Source of the DNA: a bacterium
Lineage (GTDB): Bacteria > Pseudomonadota > Gammaproteobacteria > GCA-002705445 > GCA-002716945
Direction of reading: 5' to 3'
Length of the DNA: 64,000 nucleotides
Assembly: GCA_029979505.1 (NCBI GenBank)
Contig: JAPOHH010000006.1
Span: 1,237-65,236 of the forward strand
A program made the translations under genes and the position numbers. Each line of letters opens with the position of its first letter. Within the stretch, counting starts at the first letter, position 1. This document shows positions 1-9,355 of this stretch, one piece after another. The notes under the pieces were generated by a model, which was not told the DNA's origin, did no database searches, and was given only the letters and a program-made list of their open reading frames with translations.

Positions 1-1
1 T

Positions 2-373
2 ATTGATTATCAAGATGCTGTAATTGGACCTGTTACATACGATTTAGTATCACTACTTAAAGACTGTTATATCAATTGGAATGATGGATTAATCGAAGAC
101 ATGTTGGAAAGTTTTTTTAATAGAATGAAATCAAATGCGATAAATAATATTTCAGATTTCAGATACTGGTTTGAAATAACTGGATTGCAAAGACATATTA
201 AAGCTGTTGGTATATTTTCTAGATTAAATTACCGTGATGATAAAAATAGCTATTTAAAGGATATACCTAGAACATATACTTATATTGAAAAAGTGCTAGA
301 TAAATATGAAGAATTATCAGGACTAAATGAAATTTTTAGTGATTTAAAAGTTAGTAATAAGATTAATATATGA
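2..373 (+). CDS. amgK: Anomeric MurNAc/GlcNAc kinase AmgK (aminoglycoside phosphotransferase family), 5' truncated by window edge
   Basis: Frame is open from base 2: IDYQDAVIGPVTYDLVSLLKDCY and LQRHIKAVGIFSRL motifs; overlaps the start of murU. Confidence 0.85.
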   Translation: MDYQDAVIGPVTYDLVSLLKDCYINWNDGLIEDMLESFFNRMKSNAINNISDFRYWFEITGLQRHIKAVGIFSRLNYRDDKNSYLKDIPRTYTYIEKVLDKYEELSGLNEIFSDLKVSNKINI

Positions 374-1011
374 AAGCGATTATTTTATCCTCTGGTAAAG
401 GCAAAAGAATGATGCCGCTTACTAAAGACATACCTAAACCTATGTTAGAAATACATGGTGAAACGCTGCTTTTAAATAAAATAAAAATGTTAGAAAAGAT
501 ATCTATCGATAGTATCTTTGTGAATGTTGCTTATAAAAAAGAAATTATAAAACAATACATAACAAATCTTACTCAAGATATTAACATCGTAGATGAAGGA
601 AATGAGCCTCTAGGAACAGCTTCGGGTATTAGAAATATTACTCAAAATTTCAATAGTGAATCATTTATTGTTATCAACAGTGATGTCATAACTGATTTTA
701 ATCTCAAAATAATTAAAGACTTAGATTTAGGGCATAAACTAGCTCATATAGTGTTGGTTGAGACTCCTGATTATCTAGATGGTGATTTTGAAGTTGAAAA
801 TAATAATATTGTTAAAGGTATAAAATATACTTTCACAGGTATTGGTAAATATCATACGGAGCTTTTTAAAAAATATAATAATCAGGACTTAGGCGATATC
901 TTAAGAGCAGAGAAAGACATAGGATTTACTATTTATGATGGCCAATGGATGGATATAGGGACTCCTGAGCGTCTAGAAAAAGTCAGGCAACTAATACAAA
1001 GCCCCAAGTAA
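370..1011 (+). CDS. murU: MurNAc-alpha-1-phosphate uridylyltransferase MurU (NTP transferase)
   Basis: MKAIILSSGKGKRMMPLTKDIPKPML nucleotidyltransferase N-terminus, EPLGTASG, WMDIGTPERL; coupled to amgK. Confidence 0.85.
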   Translation: MKAIILSSGKGKRMMPLTKDIPKPMLEIHGETLLLNKIKMLEKISIDSIFVNVAYKKEIIKQYITNLTQDINIVDEGNEPLGTASGIRNITQNFNSESFIVINSDVITDFNLKIIKDLDLGHKLAHIVLVETPDYLDGDFEVENNNIVKGIKYTFTGIGKYHTELFKKYNNQDLGDILRAEKDIGFTIYDGQWMDIGTPERLEKVRQLIQSPK

Positions 1012-1909
1012 TTAAAAAGGCACCTACTACTCTTCTGTAAGCTAACGGATAATTGTAGGAAAGTTTCTCAAATAAAACGAATATTGTTAGCACAATTACC
1101 CAGAGTATATTCATTACACCTAATGCAAAGAGAGTAAGCATTAATGCCCAGCAGCATCCCACACAATAAAACCCATGTTTGTACCCAACAATAAATGCTC
1201 CTAGCTTACCATCTTGCCAATTGTTTGTTAGAAAACTCAAAGGTGACTGACAGACATTTAAGCAAGCATCTTTATATGGTGTAAATTGATAAATCCCTGC
1301 CATTATCAAGACAAATGCAGCCAAGTATGCGTGCATAGGTTCCATCATCATATTAAGGTAACCATTGGTATGAAGAAAATATTGTGGAAATGTAATAAAT
1401 AGACTAAACAAAATCCAACTAGACAGATAACCTGACAGGAGAATCATTGGAGATGCAGATTCCTGGCCTTGCATTTTCTTACGTGCATTAAGTGTCGTAT
1501 ATAACAATAACATTGGTAGAATTGATGGTGTCATCATGGCTATCATCATCACAGACCACATCATAAATAAAAGAAAGAAATCACTAAAGACCCACATATT
1601 ACCCATTGGGGGCATCCAAGTTAATACCTCTGTGATAATATTTGAATCTGTATTCATGGCCATAGGTTTATCCATGTTCATGGATTTATTCATATCGCTA
1701 TTATCTGTATTCATTTTATCTTTCTCCATATCCATGGAGTTTGAAGACATGTCCATACTCATAGTCGATGGATTATCTAAAAATGGAAGAGTGTTCATGT
1801 GCCATCCCATTCCCAGGATGTAAAGCCAAGAAAACAGTAAAACAAAAGTAACCCCAATATAAACAATCATTCGATCTTTAAGTGGGGCTTGCATAGTCTT
1901 GTCTATCAT
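983..1909 (-). CDS. DUF2182 family predicted metal-binding integral membrane protein with Met-rich loop
   Basis: MWSVMMIAMMTPS, YQFTPYKDACLNVCQSP, GFYCVGCCWALM, GVMNILW motifs; downstream of DUF1326 partner. Confidence 0.85.
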   Translation of the reverse strand: MIDKTMQAPLKDRMIVYIGVTFVLLFSWLYILGMGWHMNTLPFLDNPSTMSMDMSSNSMDMEKDKMNTDNSDMNKSMNMDKPMAMNTDSNIITEVLTWMPPMGNMWVFSDFFLLFMMWSVMMIAMMTPSILPMLLLYTTLNARKKMQGQESASPMILLSGYLSSWILFSLFITFPQYFLHTNGYLNMMMEPMHAYLAAFVLIMAGIYQFTPYKDACLNVCQSPLSFLTNNWQDGKLGAFIVGYKHGFYCVGCCWALMLTLFALGVMNILWVIVLTIFVLFEKLSYNYPLAYRRVVGAFLITWGFVLVA

Positions 1910-1917
1910 AGGTATCT

Positions 1918-1952
1918 CAAAAAAATATGGCCTGCAAGAATGCAGGCCATAT
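1918..1952 (-). terminator. Intrinsic terminator between DUF1326 and DUF2182 genes
   Basis: 12-bp stem ATATGGCCTGCA (1925-1936) / TGCAGGCCATAT (1941-1952), 4-nt loop, A-run at 1919-1925 gives a U-tract on the minus strand. Confidence 0.75.
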
Positions 1953-1967
1953 AATATATGCTCAAAA

Positions 1968-2747
1968 CTATACTTCTATAGCTTCTTGTTTGTTTGCACC
2001 ATCAAAGTAAACGAATGGTGAACTTAAGCCGTTTCCACCTTCCCATGAATGGCTAATTCCATGATCATTGTATGTAAGCTTTGAAGCTTTACTTACAGTA
2101 ATTGGGTAAGGGGGAGCAACCGCTAGAGGTGTGTCGTGTACTACGACTGGACGACCGCCCGCGCCTCCAAGTTGTTCCATTTTATTTTCAGCAATACCTT
2201 CTACAATCACATGTCTTGTAGGAGAATTTACCATATATGTAATTTTTGCTCTTTTAGTTGGAAGATATTCACGAGGAGCACCTTTCTCACCTTTACCTAA
2301 ACTAGCGATGACACCTAAGTGTCCGCCGTGGGCTCCGTGATAAGCTTCTCTTAATGCATTAAATTGTGCATTATTTGCTCTCTGGTCAATATACACTGCC
2401 ATCTCAAATTGTCCCTTTAAAAGATTCTCTGGTGCGTTCAACCACATAGATACATTCAAGCCGCTCACATCTACATTTCCAACGTGGCCTTTTTCAATAT
2501 TCCAAGTTAAGAAAGCTTTGCAGAAACCTTGCGTAGGATCTAAAAGAAGAAGACATGGACATATCGTATCACATGTACATGATTCAAAATATGTACCTTT
2601 CAAGTACATAGTATGATCAGCTTTAGCGGCTTTAGCATCATCAGAACCAAACATAGAACCAATGATAGGTGTAGCTGCAGCTACAGTGCCTAAACCTTTA
2701 AGGAAACCTCTCTTAGAATCTGAGACTTTTTTATTGTCTTTTTTCAT
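1968..2747 (-). CDS. DUF1326 family protein with N-terminal Tat-like signal peptide
   Basis: GTYFESCTCDTICPC and CKAFLTWNIEKG match DUF1326; N-terminus SKRGFLK plus hydrophobic stretch plus AKA cleavage site. Confidence 0.8.
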   Translation of the reverse strand: MKKDNKKVSDSKRGFLKGLGTVAAATPIIGSMFGSDDAKAAKADHTMYLKGTYFESCTCDTICPCLLLLDPTQGFCKAFLTWNIEKGHVGNVDVSGLNVSMWLNAPENLLKGQFEMAVYIDQRANNAQFNALREAYHGAHGGHLGVIASLGKGEKGAPREYLPTKRAKITYMVNSPTRHVIVEGIAENKMEQLGGAGGRPVVVHDTPLAVAPPYPITVSKASKLTYNDHGISHSWEGGNGLSSPFVYFDGANKQEAIEV

Positions 2748-2776
2748 ATTTTTTTTCCATTTAATTAAATGTGCAA

Positions 2777-2794
2777 TATAAGCAAATGCTAATA
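2777..2794. promoter_or_regulatory. Candidate operator, TATTAG-N6-CTAATA palindrome copy
   Basis: TATAAGCAAATGCTAATA, 30 nt upstream of DUF1326 start. Confidence 0.4.
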
Positions 2795-2994
2795 ATGCAT
2801 TACCCCTCTAATATTTTAGTCATAAATTTTGTTAATATCAAAATATATTATTAGTTACTTACCACATTTTAGATCTGTTATGGTAACAACGAGCTATTAC
2901 GAGTGATTAATATGCCATTAGAGGCATAAATATATATAAATGATGATTTGAATTATGATAAAGTAGAAGATGTAATTACGACTAAGGGGGTCAA

Positions 2995-3213
2995 ATGAGA
3001 CATTTTAAACTTCTATCTGTACTGTTACTTACAGGAATTATCACTGCATGCGGTGGTGGAACATCTGCTCCATCAGAATATATGGTGAAAGTTTACCCAA
3101 TTGAAAATGATTTCGATCGTTTCGAAGAAGTTGGTCCTGTATCATCTCGCGATGCATGTACAGCTAAGGCTATGGAAATGAAAGCAGCAGCTTACGAATG
3201 CCAGCCTAAATAA
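2995..3213 (+). CDS. Small predicted lipoprotein, unknown function
   Basis: Signal peptide ending in lipobox ITAC; SD-like AAGGGGG upstream; own terminator downstream. Confidence 0.7.
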   Translation: MRHFKLLSVLLLTGIITACGGGTSAPSEYMVKVYPIENDFDRFEEVGPVSSRDACTAKAMEMKAAAYECQPK

Positions 3214-3241
3214 ATATTTACGTTTTTTTACGTAAGATTAT

Positions 3242-3274
3242 AAACCGCTAAATTCTAGATTTAGCGGTTTTTTT
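3242..3274. terminator. Intrinsic terminator between convergent lipoprotein and dat genes, possibly bidirectional
   Basis: Stem AAACCGCTAAAT (3242-3253) / ATTTAGCGGTTT (3259-3270) followed by T-run. Confidence 0.8.
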
Positions 3275-4136
3275 ATGAGTAAAATTCTTTAATAAAATCC
3301 TGAGTATAATCATACATTTTCATGGAAATAGGCCCAGCCTCTTCCGAAACTATCATATTATCCAATTTGGTTATTGGAACAACAGGATTAGTTGAACTTG
3401 AGCAAAATATTTCATCAGAATCAAACAAGTCCTTTTCTGAAATTTCACATTCAGAAAATTCAAGATTATGTTTTTTAATTAAATCAGTTAGAAATTTTCG
3501 TGTAATGCCAGGCAGTAACTTATTGCTAAGTAGAGGTGTTTTTATAACGTTATCATTTACAATAAAAACATTACTCGCAGAACCTTCGGTAAGGTAACCG
3601 TCACGTATCAGTAAAGCTTCGTATGCTGCTTCGTTGTAGGCTTTGTTCTTAATCAATACATTAGCTAATAGTGAAGTAGACTTAATATTAGACCTGAGCC
3701 ATCTATAATCATTCTCTGTAATTGCGTGTTTACCTTTTTGAATATCTTGTTTACTGAAAGGAGTATAATTTTCTCCCATGATGAGTACGGTTGGCTTACA
3801 TGATTTAGTGTATATATGATTCCTAGCCTCATCTACACCTCTTGAGATATGAATGTAAATATAATGGTTCACATAATTATTCTTAATAATAAGTTCTTTT
3901 ATTATGTCTATTATTTTTATGTCTTCAATGATGGATGGATTAATATGAATTAAGTCCAAACTATTTTTTAATCTCTTAATATGGTTTTCGATATAAAAAA
4001 TATGCTGATTGTATACCGGAATTAGTTCATAAACACCATCACCGAACAAAAATCCCCTGTCTAATACAGAAAGCTTTGCTTTCTCTTTTTGAGTATAGTT
4101 TCCGTTTAAATAAACAGTTTCGTTCTGAGACATCAT
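3273..4136 (-). CDS. dat: D-amino acid aminotransferase (PLP class IV)
   Basis: SVLDRGFLFGDGVYE, RWLRSNIKSTSLL (PLP Lys), TEGSASNVF, LPGITR; directly downstream of dacA. Confidence 0.85.
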   Translation of the reverse strand: MMSQNETVYLNGNYTQKEKAKLSVLDRGFLFGDGVYELIPVYNQHIFYIENHIKRLKNSLDLIHINPSIIEDIKIIDIIKELIIKNNYVNHYIYIHISRGVDEARNHIYTKSCKPTVLIMGENYTPFSKQDIQKGKHAITENDYRWLRSNIKSTSLLANVLIKNKAYNEAAYEALLIRDGYLTEGSASNVFIVNDNVIKTPLLSNKLLPGITRKFLTDLIKKHNLEFSECEISEKDLFDSDEIFCSSSTNPVVPITKLDNMIVSEEAGPISMKMYDYTQDFIKEFYS

Positions 4137-5260
4137 AGATCCATTAATAAAGAATCTACTGTTCTTCTGTATAAAGACCCCTGGTTTATATTCTCAAGTG
4201 CAGACAACTCATAGGTTTGTATAATTTTGTCTTTAATTTTTACATGTAGAAATCCGATAGCTTCATTCTTTTTAATTGGTGCTGTTAACTTTCTATCTAT
4301 CACATATTGATATTTTAAGTTTTTCTTTTGGCGTCTTGGTATAGTTATTGACTTATCTTCATCGACGCCAAATTTGATTTCAGTTTTGTCCCCACCATAT
4401 ACATTGGCACTTGATATTGTCTCGTGTTTTTTAAATAGCTTATGAGTTTCAAAAAATCTAAAGCCATATTCTAGTAATGTCCGGCTTGATTGAATTCTTA
4501 CATCTGGATTAGGTGCCCCCATGACAACAGCAATTAATCTGCGGGAACCACGTTTTGCAGAACTAGCCAAACAATACCCTGCGGCTTTAGTAAACCCTGT
4601 TTTAATTCCATCAACATTATCATCAATGAACAAAAGTTTATTCCGTGAGTATTGTTTAATTTCATTAAAAGTATACGACTTGGTTGAATATAGTTTGTAT
4701 AAATTAGGAAAATTTATAATTAGTGATCTTGACAATTTTGCTATATCTTCTGCAGTCGTATAAAGACTGTCATTTGGAAGACCTGTTGCATTTGTATAAT
4801 TCGTGTTTTCGAGGCCTATATTTTCGGCAACCTGATTCATATAAGTTGCAAATGTCTTCTCATCGCCTGAGATATGTTCAGCAAGTGCTACGCTGGCATC
4901 GTTGCCTGATACAGTAATGACTCCTTGCAAGATGTCTCTTAACTTGATTTTTTTACCCACTTCTATAAACATTTTTGAACCGCCCGTCTTCCATGCTTTT
5001 TTGCTTACTAAAATATCTTCGTCTAAAGAAATATTTTTCTCATTAAGTTCTGTAAATGCAATATAAGCTGTCATCATCTTGGTGATACTTGCAGGGGGAA
5101 GTGTTAAATCCTTATTCGATGATGCTAATATCATTCCACTGTCAAAGTCCATTATTACATAAGACTTTACATTTAATTTCGGAGCAGGAGGGATAGGTGA
5201 TGCATATGCAATAGCTACAACCGACAGACTTAGTATAATTGAACTTAAATATTTAAACAT
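4133..5260 (-). CDS. dacA: D-alanyl-D-alanine carboxypeptidase (PBP5/6 family)
   Basis: PPASITKMM (SxxK), SGNDA (SxN), DGIKTGFT (KTG); signal peptide. Confidence 0.92.
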   Translation of the reverse strand: MFKYLSSIILSLSVVAIAYASPIPPAPKLNVKSYVIMDFDSGMILASSNKDLTLPPASITKMMTAYIAFTELNEKNISLDEDILVSKKAWKTGGSKMFIEVGKKIKLRDILQGVITVSGNDASVALAEHISGDEKTFATYMNQVAENIGLENTNYTNATGLPNDSLYTTAEDIAKLSRSLIINFPNLYKLYSTKSYTFNEIKQYSRNKLLFIDDNVDGIKTGFTKAAGYCLASSAKRGSRRLIAVVMGAPNPDVRIQSSRTLLEYGFRFFETHKLFKKHETISSANVYGGDKTEIKFGVDEDKSITIPRRQKKNLKYQYVIDRKLTAPIKKNEAIGFLHVKIKDKIIQTYELSALENINQGSLYRRTVDSLLMDL

Positions 5261-5291
5261 AGTATTTATATTATCATAACAAGTTGAAGTC

Positions 5292-6299
5292 TTATCTTAT
5301 TTTTATTTCCTCAGCTAATGTATGAACAGCCAAAGCATAGAGTCTGCTCCTATTATATCTAGTAATCGTATAAAAATTATTATGCCCAAAGCTATACACA
5401 TTCTCATTTCCCTCTATTCTTTTAATTACTGAAAGTTTTTCCTTAAAATCTATATCTTCTTCAGACTTGATATTATCTTTATATAAACTCTTATAAGTCA
5501 TATGTGGTTTATAAGTTCTCTTTGACAGTCTCTCAAGATATGATTGATTATTGTCCTTTGTTAAATCTGTTAGTATTTTTCCATTTCTTTTCCATCCATT
5601 TTTTTTAAGATAATTAGCCACACTTCCAATAACATCAGCATTAGAACCCCATAAATCTGCATACTTATCCCCATCAAAATCAATTGCATAATTTCTATAT
5701 GAGCTTGATATAAACTGTGGCTTTCCAAGTGCTCCAGCATAAGATCCTTTTATGACAGATGGGTCTAAATTATTTTCCCTACATAATAATAAAAAGTTCT
5801 CGAGCTCACTCTTATAAAATTCATGCCTTCTCCCTTTATTTGGACCCAGAGATAGAGATGCAAGTGTGTCGAAAGTTTTAAACTTACCTAAATTTTTACC
5901 ATATCTAGTTTCAATGCCAATGATTGCAGTAATAATTTCTTTTGGTATCCCAAAAACATCTGAAGCTTTATTTAAAAGCTTTAAATTTTCCGAAATGAAT
6001 AATCTACCATTCTCAATGTTTGATTTGTTTACAAAAAGCCCTTTATAATTGATGCATTGTTTTTCCTTAGATTCACATCCATTCCATGTGAGTCTACGTT
6101 CAGGGGCTTTTTTAAAGAACTTTTTTAGTTTTTTTTCTTCTTTTATCTGATTGAATAATTTTTGTAGTTTTTGCTTTTCAAAACTATGTTTATCATACAT
6201 CTCATCAATGAAATCATTTACTATCTTCGTGTTATATGAGCTGTTTGCAGTTACATGCAAACTTGCAAATATTGTAAAAAATATAATTACATACTTCAT
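5292..6299 (-). CDS. mltB: Lytic murein transglycosylase B
   Basis: AIIGIETRYG, GSYAGALGKPQFISSSY, NFYTITRYNRSRLYA; follows rodA. Confidence 0.9.
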   Translation of the reverse strand: MKYVIIFFTIFASLHVTANSSYNTKIVNDFIDEMYDKHSFEKQKLQKLFNQIKEEKKLKKFFKKAPERRLTWNGCESKEKQCINYKGLFVNKSNIENGRLFISENLKLLNKASDVFGIPKEIITAIIGIETRYGKNLGKFKTFDTLASLSLGPNKGRRHEFYKSELENFLLLCRENNLDPSVIKGSYAGALGKPQFISSSYRNYAIDFDGDKYADLWGSNADVIGSVANYLKKNGWKRNGKILTDLTKDNNQSYLERLSKRTYKPHMTYKSLYKDNIKSEEDIDFKEKLSVIKRIEGNENVYSFGHNNFYTITRYNRSRLYALAVHTLAEEIKIR

Positions 6300-7402
6300 T
6301 ACTTCCTCATTAATCTTTGGTGAGATTTAATTGACATTATAATTCCAAGTGCAGCAAATACGGTCAACATTGACGTACCACCATAGCTCATAAATGGTAG
6401 GGGCGCTCCAACTACCGGCAGAATACCAACAACCATACCTATATTTACGAGTACATATAAGAAAATAGTTAATATTAAAGTCCCAGATAATATTCTTGAG
6501 AAATTATCTGTTGCTTTGATAGATATACTCATACCTCTATAAACAGCTAAGACGTACAACAGGATTAATATAAAAACCCCTACAAACCCGAACTCTTCCC
6601 CAAAAGCAGAAAATATGAAGTCTGTATGATTTTCGGGGAGGAAGTCTAACTTGGATTGTGTACCATTATTATAGCCCTTTCCGAACATCCCTCCTGATCC
6701 AAGAGCAATTTTTGACTGAGCCAAATGATACCCTGAACCCAAAACGTCTTGGTTAGGACTAAAGAAAGATAATATCCTTGCTTTCTGGTAGTCGTACATA
6801 AATGACCAAAGAAGAGGTATTGCTCCTATTGCTAAAGCTGAACCCAAGAAGATATGAGACAGTTTGATGCCTGATAGTAAGATAGCAATTATGCCTGAAC
6901 TAGTAATTAAAATAGCTGTTCCTAAGTCTGGCTGTTTAGCTATTAGAATTGCAGGTACTATAATAATAATAACAGCAACTACAAGATTCTTGAATCTAGG
7001 AGGTAATGATTTATCTGAATAAAATGATGCAATCATAAGAGGTACAAAGAGTTTCATCAATTCAGATGGTTGAAACCTAAAAAAGTAAAAGTCTAGCCAA
7101 CGATCAGCAGATTTTCCCACTCCAAAAAATATTGTAAGAATTAATAAAAGTATACCGGTTGCATATAAAGCAGGAGAAAATAGTCTAAAGTTATCTGGAT
7201 GAATTTGAGCAAGAAATACCATTGCAGCCATACCAATTAAGACTCTGACGATTTGTTTGATGACTAAATTAACATCACCATTTGAAACACTATACAGAGT
7301 AATTAACCCTATAAAGACTATAGACATTACAAGGATGAATAGTTTTACATCCAATTTAAATAGCGATGAAAAACCACCAAATTGAGTTGAATCATACCTC
7401 AT
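6299..7402 (-). CDS. rodA: Rod shape-determining peptidoglycan polymerase RodA
   Basis: FQPSELMK, QPDLGT, GSGYHLAQSKIALGSGG, LPENHTDFIF, PFMSYGGTS. Confidence 0.95.
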   Translation of the reverse strand: MRYDSTQFGGFSSLFKLDVKLFILVMSIVFIGLITLYSVSNGDVNLVIKQIVRVLIGMAAMVFLAQIHPDNFRLFSPALYATGILLLILTIFFGVGKSADRWLDFYFFRFQPSELMKLFVPLMIASFYSDKSLPPRFKNLVVAVIIIIVPAILIAKQPDLGTAILITSSGIIAILLSGIKLSHIFLGSALAIGAIPLLWSFMYDYQKARILSFFSPNQDVLGSGYHLAQSKIALGSGGMFGKGYNNGTQSKLDFLPENHTDFIFSAFGEEFGFVGVFILILLYVLAVYRGMSISIKATDNFSRILSGTLILTIFLYVLVNIGMVVGILPVVGAPLPFMSYGGTSMLTVFAALGIIMSIKSHQRLMRK

Positions 7403-9294
7403 TGTATAGCTACTTGTCCTTTTGTATTTTTAAAATAGAAATTTATTATATCTCTGGCAATAGGAGCTGCAACAGCAGATCCGCTTCCTCCGTTATCAAC
7501 TATAACTGATACAACAATCTCAGGATCCTCAAAAGGGGCAAAACTTATGAATAAAGCATGATCCTGAAGAGATTCTTTTCCAGTTTTTCCTTTGTCTAAA
7601 TTATAAACTTGTGCAGTACCTGTTTTACCTGCATATTCCATCCCTTCAATTTTTTTTACATGAGAAGCCGTTCCAATTTTTTTATCGTTAATAACTCTCC
7701 ACATTGATTCATTCACAACATGCAAACTATCATGGTCAATATTAATTATATTTTTATTGTCATTATAATTATATTGTTCTATTTCTTTATTATTCATACT
7801 CATTAGAAATAAGTGGGGAGTGATGCTTTCGCCTCCGCTTGCTAATAACGCGGTTGCGTTAGCTAATTGTAATGGTGTAACAAGAAAATATCCCTGGCCA
7901 ATGCCTATGTTTAAAGTTTCCCCCGGATACCATGGTGCTTGTCTGTATTTGTTTTTCCATTCACGTGATGGGAGTAAGCCTTCTTTTTCTCCATACAAAT
8001 CAATAAAAGTTTTTTCACCAAAGCCAAATTTTTGTAATTTTTCATGCATAAAATCTATTCCTGATACTTTGGCAAGGTGATAGAAAAATACATCACATGA
8101 TCCAGCAACTGCTGAGGATAAATTTACATCTTTATGTCCATCTTTTTTCCAGCACTTAAATGGTCTTTTATAATTTTTTAATTTGTATGCTCCTGAACAA
8201 CCAATAAACTTTGACTTGTCAATTATGTTATCCTCTAATGCTACTAAACCAAAAAACGGTTTTAGTGTAGATCCTGGTGGATATTGACCTATAAGAGCTC
8301 TATTAAAAAGCGGCCTGGCTTTATCATTCAAGAGTTTTTTATAATCAGTTGATGATATTCCTCTTGCAAACAAATTATTATCATATCCTGGATGACTAAC
8401 GAATGTTAAAACATCTCCATTTTTTGGATTCATAACAATTATGCTGCCTTTTTTATCTTTTAATAACCCATAGGAAAAGTTTTGAAGTTTCACATCAACA
8501 GTAAGAAAAACATCTTGACCTTTCAGAGCAGGTTTTTTTTCTAAAACTCTGATAATTTCATTGTTTGCATTTGTTTCTAATTTTTCATATCCAGGAGATC
8601 CAGATAAAAGATTTTGATAAAATCTTTCAATACCAATTTTACCAACACTGGTCATACCATCTTTTAGTTCAATAACTGAATCAAAATCTTTATCAGATAA
8701 CTTGCCAGTATATCCAAGCAAATGAGATGTGGCCTCAGGATATATATATCTTCTATTTGATTTTATTATTAATTCCATCTCTGGGAGTAAATATTGATCA
8801 ACAGATAATTTTGTAAATTCCTCAATTGTAGTGTTCTTTTTTAAGGTTATTTCTTTTAATTTTTTGTTTGAAAATTGAGATTTTATTTGATTGATTTGCT
8901 TTGTATTTAATGTAAAAACCTTGTTAACATTCATTAAAAATTTTTCAGATGATTTAATATTTTCTTTCTTTGCAATAATATCAAATGTATCAAAGCTCTC
9001 TGCTAAAATGATGCCATTTCTATCATAGATATTTCCACGGATGGGTTCTATTGGTCTGATGCGTATTCTATTATCCTCTGCCTTTACAGTGTAAAGTTCA
9101 TGATTTGTAATTTGTATGTTATAGATATGACTTAAGTAAAACAGTGCAATGATTGATACGATTGCAACTGCGAATAATGCTCTAACTTTATGTGAGGCTC
9201 TGTCTTCAATGGGATTATTAATTTCTTCCCAGCCAGTTTTTTCTTCAAACCTTCTCTTTTTTCTGATAGTCTCATTTCGATACTTACTTACCAT
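7399..9294 (-). CDS. mrdA: Penicillin-binding protein 2
   Basis: N-terminal TM, PIRGNIYDRNG, YPPGSTLKPF (SxxK), SCD, AGKTGTAQV. Confidence 0.93.
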   Translation of the reverse strand: MVSKYRNETIRKKRRFEEKTGWEEINNPIEDRASHKVRALFAVAIVSIIALFYLSHIYNIQITNHELYTVKAEDNRIRIRPIEPIRGNIYDRNGIILAESFDTFDIIAKKENIKSSEKFLMNVNKVFTLNTKQINQIKSQFSNKKLKEITLKKNTTIEEFTKLSVDQYLLPEMELIIKSNRRYIYPEATSHLLGYTGKLSDKDFDSVIELKDGMTSVGKIGIERFYQNLLSGSPGYEKLETNANNEIIRVLEKKPALKGQDVFLTVDVKLQNFSYGLLKDKKGSIIVMNPKNGDVLTFVSHPGYDNNLFARGISSTDYKKLLNDKARPLFNRALIGQYPPGSTLKPFFGLVALEDNIIDKSKFIGCSGAYKLKNYKRPFKCWKKDGHKDVNLSSAVAGSCDVFFYHLAKVSGIDFMHEKLQKFGFGEKTFIDLYGEKEGLLPSREWKNKYRQAPWYPGETLNIGIGQGYFLVTPLQLANATALLASGGESITPHLFLMSMNNKEIEQYNYNDNKNIINIDHDSLHVVNESMWRVINDKKIGTASHVKKIEGMEYAGKTGTAQVYNLDKGKTGKESLQDHALFISFAPFEDPEIVVSVIVDNGGSGSAVAAPIARDIINFYFKNTKGQVAIQ

Positions 9295-9355
9295 ATATGT
9301 ATTATAAGTAAGAAAATTAAAAGAAAAACTAAAAATAGAGAAACGGTGATTTAAT

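Noticed and set aside
2911-2928. Small hairpin TATGCC-attaga-GGCATA in the DUF1326/lipoprotein divergent region
   Set aside because: 6-bp stem, no U-tract and no recognisable riboswitch core
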